From: Verrucomicrobia bacterium UBA1629
GTDB lineage: Bacteria > Verrucomicrobiota > Kiritimatiellia > RFP12 > UBA1067
NCBI GenBank assembly: GCA_002321305.1
Contig: DCMF01000013.1
Span: forward strand, 1 to 60,092
Direction: 5' to 3'
Length of the DNA stretch: 60,092 bases
Shown: positions 35,130-44,640 of the stretch, one piece after another
Position numbering within the stretch: the stretch's first letter is position 1
Layout: each line of letters opens with the position of its first letter
Translations under genes and position numbers: made by a program
Notes under the pieces: model-generated
Database searches by the model: none
Told to the model about the DNA's origin: nothing
Seen by the model: the letters and a program-made list of their open reading frames with translations, nothing else

Positions 35130-35546
35130 TCAGTTCTCCTTCGAGACGAGCCCGAGATGCTTCACGTTGCAGTTCTTGGCGATGCGGACGATCTCGTAGA
35201 TCTGCCCGTATTCCGCGCCGACGTCGCCGCGGATGAGGACGTTCACGTCCGGGTCCTCGGCGACCGCCTGGCCGAGCGCCGCCTTCAGCGCGTCGTGCGT
35301 CGTCGGCGCCTCGCCGAGGAAGAGCTTGCCGTCCCTGTCGATCGAGACCGAGCAGATCTTCTTCTTGTCCTCCTTCTGCGACTCGGTCTTGCCGACCGGC
35401 AGGACGATGTGAACCGTCTGCTCCAGCGTCGGCAGCGTCACGATGAAGACGACGAGCAGGAGGAAGGTGAGGTCGATGAGCGAATTCATGTCGATGTTCG
35501 CCTTCGCCCCCTCGCGCCGCGCGCGGGCTCGCCTGCGCATCGACAT
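35130..35546 (-). CDS. exbD: ExbD/TolR biopolymer transport protein
   Basis: NSLIDLTFLLLVVFIV TM segment plus a periplasmic domain. Position is between the exbB-like and tonB-like genes. Confidence 0.85.
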   Translation of the reverse strand: MSMRRRARARREGAKANIDMNSLIDLTFLLLVVFIVTLPTLEQTVHIVLPVGKTESQKEDKKKICSVSIDRDGKLFLGEAPTTHDALKAALGQAVAEDPDVNVLIRGDVGAEYGQIYEIVRIAKNCNVKHLGLVSKEN

Positions 35547-35547
35547 C

Positions 35548-36261
35548 TTACGCGCCCCTTCCCTGGAACTCGCACGCGATGCGGCCCATGAGCTCGTCCG
35601 CGAAGCCCTCCATGTCGGACGTGATGTTGCGCACCGAGGCGTTGAGGCGCGTGTGCGCGATGACGCCCGGAATCGCGATGAGGAGGCCGACGACGGTCGT
35701 CACGAGCGCGGCGGAGATGGACGGCGCGATGGTCGCGAGGTTCGCGCTGCCGGCCGTGCCCATCTCGGCGAAGGCGTCGAGAACGCCCCACACCGTGCCG
35801 AGGAGGCCGAGCATCGGCTCCAGCGCGACGATCGTCGAGATGACGCCCATGCCGTGCTCGACGCGCAGCTCCTCCTCGTCAAGGACGTGCTCGCACGTGC
35901 CGCGCACCAGCTCGATCTCGCGCGCCGTCAGCGCCGCGTCGCCGCCCTGCCGCCCGACGAGCAGCGACCGCACGTCCGGCGAGAGCAGCTTCAGCAGGCG
36001 CTCGCACGTCTCCTTGTAGATGCCCTCGATGCCGGTCGAGGCGGAGGGGCGCCTCTGCAGGTAGTATTCGAGGACGTCGCGCCCCGCCGAGAAGTCGCGC
36101 AGGAACCGCCGCGTCGCCATGCCGACGAAGCCGAGCTCCTTCCATTTGCCGAGGACCGTCGCCACCATGACGACGGAGCCGAGAAGCTGGACGACGACGA
36201 GCGCCTGGCCCATGAAGTTCGAGCCGAGGAAGCCCTGGACGAGTGAATCTGCGAGAAGCAT
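35548..36261 (-). CDS. exbB: MotA/TolQ/ExbB proton channel protein
   Basis: Internal ATG (cat at 36259..36261). Three TM segments and PMLGLLGTVWGV...AFA...ALVTTVVGL motifs. Confidence 0.85.
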   Translation of the reverse strand: MLLADSLVQGFLGSNFMGQALVVVQLLGSVVMVATVLGKWKELGFVGMATRRFLRDFSAGRDVLEYYLQRRPSASTGIEGIYKETCERLLKLLSPDVRSLLVGRQGGDAALTAREIELVRGTCEHVLDEEELRVEHGMGVISTIVALEPMLGLLGTVWGVLDAFAEMGTAGSANLATIAPSISAALVTTVVGLLIAIPGVIAHTRLNASVRNITSDMEGFADELMGRIACEFQGRGA

Positions 36262-36298
36262 AGTTTCTGATAAGCCCTTGTTCGTTTGAAGGGTGCAT

Positions 36299-36307
36299 AT
36301 TATACCA
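36299..36307 (-). promoter_or_regulatory. extended -10 promoter (TGgTATAAT on minus strand) for exbB-exbD-tonB
   Basis: The reverse complement of attatacca is tggtataat. It lies 37 nt upstream of the exbB ATG. Confidence 0.55.
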
Positions 36308-36391
36308 TGTTTCCGTCGCCGCGCGGGCTGACGGCGGGCCTTTCGCGCTGAATCCCTGGCGCAGGCCGTGCTGAACGGCAACGTCCTTTTT

Positions 36392-36400
36392 TGCTATAAT
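36392..36400 (+). promoter_or_regulatory. extended -10 promoter (TGcTATAAT), divergent from the exbB promoter
   Basis: tgctataat lies 30 nt upstream of ATG 36431, with an SD-like gaaagga in between. Confidence 0.55.
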
Positions 36401-36430
36401 AGCCGAAACCCTGAAAGGACACACAACCCA

Positions 36431-37660
36431 ATGAACATGAAGAAACTCCTCCTTCCGATGCTGGCGGCGGTCGTCGCCGGCTGCTGCACGGCCAACGGCC
36501 CGAAAGATTCGGGCACGACGTTTGCGCGCGATGCGCTTCAGCCTCATGTCGAGTCCGGCGAACTGCCGGGCGCGATCAGCGTCTTCTACAAGGATGGCGT
36601 GCAGGAGACGTGCGCGATCGGCTATGCGGACGTCGCGGCGAAGCGCAAGATCAAGCTCGATGACGTCTATATGCAGTGTTCGCAGACGAAGGGCTTCTGC
36701 GGCGTGACGATCGCAAAGCTCGTGGAGGAGGGAAAGATCACGCTTGACGATCCCGTCTCGAAGTACCTGCCGGAGTTCAAGACGCTCTGGGTGAAGGGCA
36801 CGGAGACGAACGGCGTACGGACGCTCGTGAAGGCGAAGAACGTCCTCACGGTCCGCATGGTGCTGAACCACACGGGCGGCTTCCCGTTCGAGATCTGCGC
36901 GAAGCAGGGCAACCTCAAGGGCGGCGGCTGGTCGGGCGGCGCGCCGCTCCGCCAGACGGCGGCGATCGCGGCGGCCTGTCCGCTCCTGTTCGAGCCGGGC
37001 ACGAAGGTGCAGTACTCGAACACGGGCATCGACATCGGCGCGGCGGTCGTCGAGGTCGTGACGGGGATGCACTGGGAGGACTACCTCCAGCAGACCGTCC
37101 TCGATCCGCTCGGCATGAAGGACACGACGTTCTGGCCGACGGACGCGCAGCTCGCGCACCTTGTCGAAAGCTACACCTGCCAGAAGGACAAGCCGGCGAC
37201 GTATCTCTACGAGCACAAGATGGAGCAGCGTCCCTACAACGATCGCGGGCGCATCTTCGCCTCGGCGGGCGCGGGCCTCTGGACGACGGCGAACGACCAG
37301 CTCAAGTTCTACAAGATGCTCATGAACCTCGGCGTCGGCGACAACGGCGCGCGGATCCTCAAGGAGGAGACGGTGAAGTCGATTCTCGCGGTCTCGACGC
37401 GTCCGGCGGGCCTCGGCGGCTACTCGCTTGGCCTCGCCGCGCCGGTGAAGGACGGCGACGACCAGTGGTTCGGCCACGGCGGCGCGTGGGGCACGAGCTG
37501 CATGGTCAACTGGCACCGCAAGGAGCTGAAGCTCTGGGCCGTTCAGCTCGAGGGCGGGCCGCGTCCGTGGGACAGGGCGCGCGGCGAGGCGGAGAAGAGG
37601 TTCTTCCAGTACGTGATCGACAACTCCGGCGCGAACGCCTACACGGGCCGCGTGAAGTAA
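36431..37660 (+). CDS. serine hydrolase (beta-lactamase/PBP4-like family), probable lipoprotein
   Basis: Signal plus lipobox (LAAVVAGC), SxxK motif SQTK, and YSNTG. Confidence 0.8.
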   Translation: MNMKKLLLPMLAAVVAGCCTANGPKDSGTTFARDALQPHVESGELPGAISVFYKDGVQETCAIGYADVAAKRKIKLDDVYMQCSQTKGFCGVTIAKLVEEGKITLDDPVSKYLPEFKTLWVKGTETNGVRTLVKAKNVLTVRMVLNHTGGFPFEICAKQGNLKGGGWSGGAPLRQTAAIAAACPLLFEPGTKVQYSNTGIDIGAAVVEVVTGMHWEDYLQQTVLDPLGMKDTTFWPTDAQLAHLVESYTCQKDKPATYLYEHKMEQRPYNDRGRIFASAGAGLWTTANDQLKFYKMLMNLGVGDNGARILKEETVKSILAVSTRPAGLGGYSLGLAAPVKDGDDQWFGHGGAWGTSCMVNWHRKELKLWAVQLEGGPRPWDRARGEAEKRFFQYVIDNSGANAYTGRVK

Positions 37661-37686
37661 GGCGAAGCGGACGCGGGCGGGGCGAC

Positions 37687-38178
37687 ATGATCGTCTTGGG
37701 CATCGACACGTCGCTCCGCTCGACGGGCTACGGCGTCCTGGAGGTCCAGGGCTCGCGGCTCGTGATGCGGGACTGCGGCAACATCCGAAACGCGCCGAAG
37801 CTGCCGCTCACGGGGTGTCTTCGGGCGATCCATGCGAAGGTGTCCGCGCTGATCGCGACGTTCCGGCCGGATGTGATGGCGATCGAATCCGTCATCTACG
37901 GCAAGAACGCCGGCACGATGCTCGTCCTCGGCGAGGCGCGCGGCGCGGTGCTGACGGCGGCGGCGGACGCGGAGCTGCCGGTCTACGAATACGAGCCACG
38001 CCGGATGAAGAAGGCGATCTGCGGCAATGGGCTGGCGGAAAAGGAGCAGATCCAGCGGATGATCAGGACGCTTCTCGCGCTGTCCGACCTGCCGCAGAAC
38101 GACGCGGCGGACGCGCTGGGCCTCGCCATCTGCCATGCCCATTCCCATTCGCGCCTGTCAATGGAGAAACCGATATGA
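37687..38178 (+). CDS. ruvC: crossover junction endodeoxyribonuclease
   Basis: Internal ATG 37687. VLGIDTSLRSTGYGV, AIESVIYG, EYEPRRMKKA and DAADALGLAICHA. Confidence 0.92.
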   Translation: MIVLGIDTSLRSTGYGVLEVQGSRLVMRDCGNIRNAPKLPLTGCLRAIHAKVSALIATFRPDVMAIESVIYGKNAGTMLVLGEARGAVLTAAADAELPVYEYEPRRMKKAICGNGLAEKEQIQRMIRTLLALSDLPQNDAADALGLAICHAHSHSRLSMEKPI

Positions 38179-38660
38179 ACGAAACTGAGGCAAAACGAGT
38201 AGATTTGCCCGAATACGAGCTTTCCGGCATTGAGAACATCGTGCGCGGCGTCTGTGTCGTGGACGGACACGTCCTCCTGTGCCGTCCGAAGAAGGGCGGC
38301 TACACGTATCTGCCGGGCGGGCACATCGAATTCGGCGAGACGTCGCGCGCGGCCCTCGTCCGCGAAATGAAGGAGGAGACGGGGCAGGACGCAACCGTTG
38401 GCGGCTTCCTCGGCGTTGTCGAAAGCCAGTTTGAGCAGCACGGCAAGCCGCACTGCGAAATCTCGCTTGTCTATCGACTCGCACTGGGGGCCTGTCCCCA
38501 AGATTCGGGGGTCTGTCCCCACGTCGATGGCCGGGGGCTGTCCCCACGGTTGCCCGCTGTGGTGGCGCAGGAGGGCTGGATCGAATTTGTCTGGTGGCCG
38601 CTCGCGAAACTGAACGAAGCGAATCTTTTGCCGCCGGAAATGGCAAGATATGTTGAATAG
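38175..38660 (+). CDS. NUDIX hydrolase
   Basis: Internal ATG 38175 (ATGA overlap with the ruvC stop). Nudix box GGHIEFGETSRAALVREMKEETG. Confidence 0.85.
   Translation: MNETEAKRVDLPEYELSGIENIVRGVCVVDGHVLLCRPKKGGYTYLPGGHIEFGETSRAALVREMKEETGQDATVGGFLGVVESQFEQHGKPHCEISLVYRLALGACPQDSGVCPHVDGRGLSPRLPAVVAQEGWIEFVWWPLAKLNEANLLPPEMARYVE
38486..38546 (+). repeat. three CTGTCCCC words, in frame in the NUDIX gene
   Basis: gggggcctgtcccca (38486..38500), gggggtctgtcccca (38507..38521) and gggggctgtcccca (38533..38546). They encode GACPQDSGVCPHVDGRGLSP. Confidence 0.85.
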
Positions 38661-39564
38661 TCTTCGGTCGTGTGTCCTCTGTCCGCATCGGTGCGGGGTT
38701 GACCGCACAGGGCTTGGGGACAGACCCCATGGGTTTTGCGGGGCTGGGGACAGGCCCCGCGTCTTTCGGTGGGGGCCGCACTTCGGCGAGGAGCCGCCGA
38801 TCACGGGCGAACGCGGTTCGGGCTGCGTCTTCTTCTCGCGCTGCACGATGAAGTGCCTCTACTGCCAGAATTCGCCGTGGAGCTGGAAGGGCGCGGGGAC
38901 AGACCTCACGGTGGCGGGGCTGGCGGACATCCTCCGCGACCTGGCCGTGAAGGATCGGGTCGAGAACTGGAACCTCGTCTCGCCGACGCCCTATCTGCCA
39001 TTTATCCGCGAGGCGGCTGAAATCTTAAAGAAAGAGGGCGTTTCGCTTCCGTTTGTGTGGAATTCGTCTGGCTATGAGCGCGTCGAGACCCTCGAAACCT
39101 ATACGGAACTGTGCGATTGCGCGCTTTTCGACTTGCGGTATGCGCAGAACGCGACAGCGATTCGGTATTCGTCCGCGCCCGGCTATGTCGAAGCCGCGCG
39201 AGACGCCGTGCGCTGGGCCTGGATGAGAACGCCGTGCGGAAAATCTTCCCTGCCGCGCCTCATCGTGCGCATCCTCGTCCTGCCGGGGCTGGCGGACGAG
39301 GCGATTGAGAGCCTGGCGTGGCTGGCGACGGAACTCTCGAACGAAGTTCCCGTCTCGATTATGGCGCAGTACACGCCCGCCTACCGGGCGCTGGAGACGC
39401 CGCCGCTCGACCGCGCGGTGATGCGCGACGAATACGAGTCGGTGACGGAGGCTGCGGCGGACTTCGGCTTCGAGAACGGCTGGATTCAGGGCTATGAGGC
39501 GTCCGACCCGAAATTGGCTCTCCTCGGCGAGAACATGACCGCCGACCACGGCACGGTGCGCTGA
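38650..39564 (+). CDS. radical SAM protein (PflA-like activase family)
   Basis: CxxxCxxC cluster motif CTMKCLYC. The N-terminal CPHRCGVDR... pattern is typical of this subgroup. Confidence 0.8.
   Translation: MLNSLRSCVLCPHRCGVDRTGLGDRPHGFCGAGDRPRVFRWGPHFGEEPPITGERGSGCVFFSRCTMKCLYCQNSPWSWKGAGTDLTVAGLADILRDLAVKDRVENWNLVSPTPYLPFIREAAEILKKEGVSLPFVWNSSGYERVETLETYTELCDCALFDLRYAQNATAIRYSSAPGYVEAARDAVRWAWMRTPCGKSSLPRLIVRILVLPGLADEAIESLAWLATELSNEVPVSIMAQYTPAYRALETPPLDRAVMRDEYESVTEAAADFGFENGWIQGYEASDPKLALLGENMTADHGTVR
38715..38758 (+). repeat. two GGGGACAG words (reverse orientation of 38486..38546), in frame in the radical SAM gene
   Basis: tggggacagacccc (38715..38728) and tggggacaggcccc (38745..38758) are exact reverse complements of 38508..38521 and 38487..38500. 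A third, looser copy lies at 38893..38907. Confidence 0.85.
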
Positions 39565-39568
39565 TTTG

Positions 39569-39577
39569 TGATATACT
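39569..39577 (+). promoter_or_regulatory. extended -10 promoter (TGaTATACT), near-leaderless spacing
   Basis: tgatatact ends 10 nt before ATG 39588. Confidence 0.55.
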
Positions 39578-39587
39578 ACGCGGCCAT

Positions 39588-41891
39588 ATGAAAAACAAGA
39601 AGATGTTTTTGGTGGCCGCCACAGTGATGTGCGCGGCGGGTGTTTTTGCGGCGCATGAGGGCGGTCCCCCGCCCTATCCGAACTTCGGCCTGCCCCGTGT
39701 GGAAGAGATGATGTTCCTCGTCCTGCAGATCGGCCTCATCATCTTTGCGGCCCGCGTGGGCGGCGCACTGGCCTCCTGCCTGAAGCTGCCGTCCATTCTC
39801 GGCGAACTCGCGGCCGGCATCGTGATCGGCCCGTGGGCGCTCGGCGGCATCGGCTTCGGCGACGGGCTGTTCGCGTCCGGCCTCTTCCACGGCGCGGAAC
39901 TGCGCGCGATCGCGAAGGAGACGGGCCACATGTTCGACGCGACGTCGCCCGCGCTCTACGGCATCGCGACGCTCGCGTCGGTGATCCTCCTGTTCCTGTC
40001 CGGCCTCGAGACGAACCTGAAGCTCTTCCTGCGCTACTCGTTCGTCGGCCTCATGGTCGGCCTCGGCGGCGTGATCGTCTCGTTCCTGTTCGGCGACCTC
40101 TGCGCGGTCTACCTGCTGCCGGAGTTTTTCGAGCACTTCGCCTACCTGAAGGGTCTGCCGCTTGCGGAGGCGATGACGAAGGAGGCGCCGCTCTACATGG
40201 GCATCATGTCCACGGCGACGTCGGTCGGCATCACGGCGCGCATCCTCTCCGAGAAGAAGCAGATGGACTCCGAGGAGGGCGTGACGATCATGGCGGGCGC
40301 CGTGATCGACGACGTCCTCGGCCTCATCGTGCTGGCGATCGGCAACGGCATCATCGTCGCGAACCACGCGGCGGCGAAGGCCGGCGGCGCGGCGGGCGCG
40401 ATGGACTGGGGCGCGATCGGCCTCGTCGCCCTGAAGGCGTTCGGCGTCTGGCTCGGCGCGACGGCGATCGGGCTTCTCGCGGCGCGCTACATCGCGAAGT
40501 TCCTGAAGGCGGCGTTCAAGAGTCCCGTCGTCATCGCGACGATGGCCTTCGGCCTCGCGCTCGTCCTCGCGGGCTTCTTCGAGTTCATGGGGCTGGCGAT
40601 GATCATCGGCGCCTACGTGATGGGCCTCGCGCTCTCGCGCACCGACCTGAAGCACCCGATCCAGGAGATGCTGACGCCCGTCTACACGTTCCTCGTGCCC
40701 GTCTTCTTCTGCTCGATGGGCATGATGGTCGACGTCTCGGCGCTCTGCTCGAAGCCGGTCCTGATCTTCGGCGGCATCTACACGGCGCTCGCCGTCGCGG
40801 CGAAGGTGGTCGGCTGCATGATCCCCTCGATGTGCTGCGGCTTCAACCTGCTGGGCGGCCTCCGCATCGGCGCGGGCATGGTGCCGCGCGGCGAAGTCGC
40901 GCTCATCATCGCGGGCCTCGGCCTGTCGAGCGGCTTCCTCACGCAGGAGATCTTCGGCATCGGCATCCTGATGACGCTCGTCACGACGGTCGTCGCGCCG
41001 CCCGCGCTCGTCGGACTGTTCGCGCCGAAGCGCCGGGGCGTGCGGCATCCGAAGCAGAGCCACGACAACTCGCGTCCCGTCGTCTTCGAGCTCTCGTCGC
41101 CCGAAGTCGCGCAGCTCGTCCTGGAGAAGCTGGTCGCGGAGTTCCGCGAGGAGGGCTTCTTCACGTCGCTCCTGTCGAAGGAGGACAGCATCTGGGAGAT
41201 CGCGATGGACAACATGGAGCTTTCGGTCGAGCGTTCGGGGAACGTGATCAAGGTCTCCTGCACGCCGGCGGAGGAGGCGATCGTCATGACGGCGTGGATG
41301 GAGGTCGCGTCCGAGATGAACGACCTCGCGCGCCAGATCGCGAAGCCCATCCGCCGCGAGGAGGTCGACCGGATGCTGGCGGACGGGCCGTCCGCCGCGA
41401 AGCCGCGCCACACGAACGTCGGCCGCCATCTCCAGCACTTCGTGATGCTGCCGAAGTTCAAGGCGGCGTCGAAGAAGGAGGCAATCGAGAAGATGGTCGC
41501 CGAGATCGCGGCGGCGTGTCCGTCGCACGTGAAGGACGTCAAGGAGGCGACGGCGGCGGTTCTCCGGCGCGAGGCGTCGATGCCGACCGGCCTCGACCAC
41601 GGCATCGCCGTGCCGCATGGCCGGTGCGCCGAGGTGGAGGGCATCGTCGGCGCGGTCGCGATCCTCGACAACGCGGGCACGGCGAACGGCTGCATCCCGG
41701 ACTACGAGACGATCGACAACTCGCCGCTGTCGATCATCGTCCTCACGATCGCGAACGACGCGACGCAGACGCCGTACCTGCAGCTGATGAGCTTCATCTC
41801 GAAGGCCCTGCGCGGCGACAACGGCTATCAGAAGCTCGCGCAGTGCACGACGGCGGAGGAGATGCGCAAGTTCTTCAAGAGCGTCAAGTGA
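39588..41891 (+). CDS. cation:proton antiporter (CPA2/Kef-type) fused to a C-terminal PTS EIIA(Ntr/Fru)-type domain
   Basis: About 12 TM segments with [11 protein letters not shown] and GLE motifs. The C-terminal ~150 aa (…KKEAIEKMV…, [22 protein letters not shown]) match the EIIA type 2 pattern, including the phosphorylatable His. Confidence 0.75.
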   Translation: MKNKKMFLVAATVMCAAGVFAAHEGGPPPYPNFGLPRVEEMMFLVLQIGLIIFAARVGGALASCLKLPSILGELAAGIVIGPWALGGIGFGDGLFASGLFHGAELRAIAKETGHMFDATSPALYGIATLASVILLFLSGLETNLKLFLRYSFVGLMVGLGGVIVSFLFGDLCAVYLLPEFFEHFAYLKGLPLAEAMTKEAPLYMGIMSTATSVGITARILSEKKQMDSEEGVTIMAGAVIDDVLGLIVLAIGNGIIVANHAAAKAGGAAGAMDWGAIGLVALKAFGVWLGATAIGLLAARYIAKFLKAAFKSPVVIATMAFGLALVLAGFFEFMGLAMIIGAYVMGLALSRTDLKHPIQEMLTPVYTFLVPVFFCSMGMMVDVSALCSKPVLIFGGIYTALAVAAKVVGCMIPSMCCGFNLLGGLRIGAGMVPRGEVALIIAGLGLSSGFLTQEIFGIGILMTLVTTVVAPPALVGLFAPKRRGVRHPKQSHDNSRPVVFELSSPEVAQLVLEKLVAEFREEGFFTSLLSKEDSIWEIAMDNMELSVERSGNVIKVSCTPAEEAIVMTAWMEVASEMNDLARQIAKPIRREEVDRMLADGPSAAKPRHTNVGRHLQHFVMLPKFKAASKKEAIEKMVAEIAAACPSHVKDVKEATAAVLRREASMPTGLDHGIAVPHGRCAEVEGIVGAVAILDNAGTANGCIPDYETIDNSPLSIIVLTIANDATQTPYLQLMSFISKALRGDNGYQKLAQCTTAEEMRKFFKSVK

Positions 41892-43288
41892 GTCAAGAGA
41901 CCATTGCCGCGATTGCGACCGCGCCCGGCCCTGCCGGGGTCGCGGTCGTGCGCGTTTCGGGGCCGGAGGCGTTCGCCGTCGCCGCGCGCCTGACGCGCGA
42001 TCGCTTCGCGCCCCCGTCTGGGGCTTTGCCGCAGGCGCGCGTCTGCGCCCTGTTCCCAACCTCCCCAACCTCCCACCCCCCCCAACCTCCCAAACCCCCA
42101 AACCTCCCAAACCTTCCAAACCTCGACACCGCCGTCGTTCTCGCCTTTCGCGCGCCCCATTCCTACACGGGCGAAGACGTCGTCGAGTTCCAGTGCCACG
42201 GCGGGGCGGTCACGCCGCGCCGCGTGCTGGAGGCCTGCTTCGCCGCCGGGGCGCGGCTCGCGCGGCGCGGCGAGTTCACCGAGCGCGCGTTCCTGAACGG
42301 CAAGCTCGACTACGACCAGGCGGAAAGCGTCCTCGACCTCATCCAGGCGAAGACCGCGCGCGCGGCGGACGCCGCGCTGGACGGACTCGCCGGACGCCGC
42401 GCGCGCACCAACCGAGACCTTTACGACCGTGCGCTCGCCCTGTCGTCCGAACTGGAGCATGCGCTCGACATCGACGAGGGCGAGTTGCCCGACAGCTTCT
42501 TCGCGTCGCTCCGCACGTCGCTCGCCTCGCTCGACGCGGCGCTTGGCGCGGCGGCGGCGCGCATCCGTGCGGGACGCATCCTGCGCGACGGTGCGCGGGT
42601 CGTCCTTGCGGGGCCGCCGAACGCCGGCAAGAGTTCGCTCTTGAACGCGCTGCTGGAGGAGAGCCGCGCGCTCGTGAGCGACGTGCCCGGCACGACGCGC
42701 GATTCGGTCGAGGCGTGGCTGGACTTGGACGGCTGGCCGATCCGGCTCATCGACACGGCGGGTCTGCGCGAGACGGACGACGCGCTCGAGGCCGCCGGCG
42801 TGAAGCGCGCCGAGAATCTGATCGCCGAAGCCGACGTGATAATCGCTCTGGGCGTTCGGCCTTTGTCCGCTGTCGGCTGTCCTTCGTCCCCCTCACCCCT
42901 CACCTCTCACCCCTCACCTCTCAACTCGCCCTCCCTCCTCCCCATCCACGCCAAGTGCGACCTGGGGCGCGGCGAAGGGCTGAACGTCTCGGCGAAGACG
43001 GGCGAGGGGCTGGGCGAACTCAGGCGGGCGATCGTGGACGCGCTCGAACGGCGGGCGGCGTCCGCCGTGCCGGAAGGGGCGTCCGACGCGCCTGACGACC
43101 GGGCGCTGTCGGCCCTGTGCGCGGCGCGCGCGCACCTCGCGCCCCTCGTGTCCGACGCGCCGCTCGACCTTGTTTTGGCGGGGAACGCGGTGCGGACGGT
43201 CGCCGAATCGCTCGGCGCGCTCGTCGGCGCGACCTACTCGTCCGACCTGCTGGACAGCCTCTTCTCGCGCTTCTGCGTCGGCAAGTGA
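41888..43288 (+). CDS. mnmE: tRNA modification GTPase
   Basis: GTG 41888 (GTGA overlap with the upstream stop). [45 protein letters not shown] and the C-terminal FCVGK. Confidence 0.9.
   Translation: MSQETIAAIATAPGPAGVAVVRVSGPEAFAVAARLTRDRFAPPSGALPQARVCALFPTSPTSHPPQPPKPPNLPNLPNLDTAVVLAFRAPHSYTGEDVVEFQCHGGAVTPRRVLEACFAAGARLARRGEFTERAFLNGKLDYDQAESVLDLIQAKTARAADAALDGLAGRRARTNRDLYDRALALSSELEHALDIDEGELPDSFFASLRTSLASLDAALGAAAARIRAGRILRDGARVVLAGPPNAGKSSLLNALLEESRALVSDVPGTTRDSVEAWLDLDGWPIRLIDTAGLRETDDALEAAGVKRAENLIAEADVIIALGVRPLSAVGCPSSPSPLTSHPSPLNSPSLLPIHAKCDLGRGEGLNVSAKTGEGLGELRRAIVDALERRAASAVPEGASDAPDDRALSALCAARAHLAPLVSDAPLDLVLAGNAVRTVAESLGALVGATYSSDLLDSLFSRFCVGK
42051..42124 (-). repeat. AACCTCCC/AACCTTCC word array (reverse of the GGAAGG family), in frame in the mnmE N-terminal domain
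   Basis: ttcccaacctccccaacctcccaccccccccaacctcccaaacccccaaacctcccaaaccttccaaacctc encodes [24 protein letters not shown]. Confidence 0.85.
42859..42943 (+). repeat. composite insertion (TGTCC words followed by CCTCACC words), in frame in the mnmE G domain
   Basis: cctttgtccgctgtcggctgtccttcgtcc followed by ccctcacccctcacctctcacccctcacctctcaac encodes [28 protein letters not shown]. Confidence 0.8.
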
Positions 43289-43324
43289 ATTTCACGTGAC
43301 CGCTTGCGGGAATCCATGGGGATG

Positions 43325-43333
43325 TGGTATAAT
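43325..43333 (+). promoter_or_regulatory. extended -10 promoter (TGgTATAAT), leaderless spacing, head of the pseudopilin operon
   Basis: tggtataat ends 9 nt before ATG 43343. Confidence 0.6.
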
Positions 43334-43342
43334 GCCCCAAGA

Positions 43343-44536
43343 ATGAAAAAAGGATTTACACTCGTCGAGCTGCTCATCGTCGTCGTCGTGATCGTCACGC
43401 TGATGACGATTTCATTTCGCATTACGGGAGCGGGGGGCGATGCCGGGGCGCGCAACGCGACTGTCAACCGCATGCAGCGCCTTGAAAACTGCCTCTCCGG
43501 CTACTATGCGGCCTACGGGTGCTACCCGCCCGTCCGCCTGCACGGCAGCCGCGACTACATGATCGACGTCGATGGGCACGGCATCCAGCAGGTCGGCACG
43601 AGGAGCCTGTCGGGGCTGAAGGGCCAAGGCTCGTCTGCGGGCAGCGTGTCGCGGGCGACGGAAATCAGCTGGGAGCGCGTGGAGGCGGCCTGCAAGTCCC
43701 AGCCCATCGGCATGGCCTATCCGTTTACGAAGTCGGGCATTGCGGACTACATCAAGAAGGTTTCGGACATGCTGATCAAGCGGTCGCAGTCAGACGATCC
43801 GAAAGACAAGGAGTTCAAGGAGAACCCGGCGCTGGCCAAGGGCTTCCGCGCGATCACGGACGAAGGCATGCTGTCGTCGAAGCGCGACGACGAGGATTGG
43901 ACGGATGTGCAGATCTTCAAGTTCGGCGTCCTCAGCTATCTGCTGCCGCGTTATCTCATCATGCTCGGCGGCGAGTCGAACATGGATTCGCTCTACGAGA
44001 ACCAGAAGTCGTGGAAGGCCAACAACCGGTATCCCTGCCGCTTCGAGGACGGCGTGGCGTATTCGGATTGGGGTTCCGTAAACGACGACGTGCGGCGCTA
44101 TCGGTGGAAGATCGCCGCCCTGTCGTCGCAGGCCGTCTGCGCGCGCTGGCTGCCGAATCTCGAAAGGTCGCTTCGCATGCAGTATCCGTTCGAGGTCTAC
44201 GGCGTCCAGTTGCAGGACCCTGACAACTCGTTTTCGAACATCTCGGCCAACAATCCGCATCCGGTGCTGTATTCGACCGAGTCGCAGGGCGGCAAGGGCA
44301 GCAACAGCGGCGACCAGTATGTCCTGGACGAGATGACGGTCGTGGACGGCTGGAAGAACGAGTTCTACTACTATTCGCCGCCGCCGCACCAGAGCTACAT
44401 CCTCTGGAGCGCGGGCAAGAACGGAAAGACCTTCCCCCAGTGGGTGTCGGACGAGGAGATCCGCAAGCTCACGACCGCCGACCAGGCGACGGTGATGGAA
44501 TGGAAAGGCGACGATATCGTCAAGATGAGCCATTGA
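43343..44536 (+). CDS. prepilin-type N-terminal cleavage/methylation domain protein (large GspG-like pseudopilin)
   Basis: MKKG-FTLVELLIVVVVI class III signal. GspG-like C-terminal pattern DGWKNEFYYY...ILWSAGKNGK. Confidence 0.8.
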   Translation: MKKGFTLVELLIVVVVIVTLMTISFRITGAGGDAGARNATVNRMQRLENCLSGYYAAYGCYPPVRLHGSRDYMIDVDGHGIQQVGTRSLSGLKGQGSSAGSVSRATEISWERVEAACKSQPIGMAYPFTKSGIADYIKKVSDMLIKRSQSDDPKDKEFKENPALAKGFRAITDEGMLSSKRDDEDWTDVQIFKFGVLSYLLPRYLIMLGGESNMDSLYENQKSWKANNRYPCRFEDGVAYSDWGSVNDDVRRYRWKIAALSSQAVCARWLPNLERSLRMQYPFEVYGVQLQDPDNSFSNISANNPHPVLYSTESQGGKGSNSGDQYVLDEMTVVDGWKNEFYYYSPPPHQSYILWSAGKNGKTFPQWVSDEEIRKLTTADQATVMEWKGDDIVKMSH

Positions 44537-44622
44537 GAAATAATCGAATGAACGAATAATCGAATGAACGAATGAACGAATAATCGAATGGTCGAATGGC
44601 CGAATGAACGAATGATCGAATT
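44536..44622 (+). repeat. CGAATG octamer array (left arm)
   Basis: gagaaataatcgaatg aacgaata atcgaatg aacgaatg aacgaata atcgaatg gtcgaatg gccgaatg aacgaatg atcgaat, with ~8-nt period. Confidence 0.9.
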
Positions 44623-44640
44623 TTGAAGGAGGTTTAGAAT

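Noticed and set aside
39576-42119. 847-aa minus-strand ORF and the 1151-aa plus-strand ORF 39833..43288 read as single genes
   Set aside because: The antiporter frame (39588..41891) has clear TM and EIIA motifs. Only the last 466 codons of 39833..43288 (from GTG 41888) match MnmE, and the rest is an out-of-frame shadow of the antiporter.
44536-44622. CRISPR array interpretation of the word arrays (also 51765..51899, 56672..56880 and 28880..29003)
   Set aside because: The units are only 8-10 nt (27 nt in prc) and are directly abutting, with no unique spacers of 25-40 nt. No cas genes are in the window.
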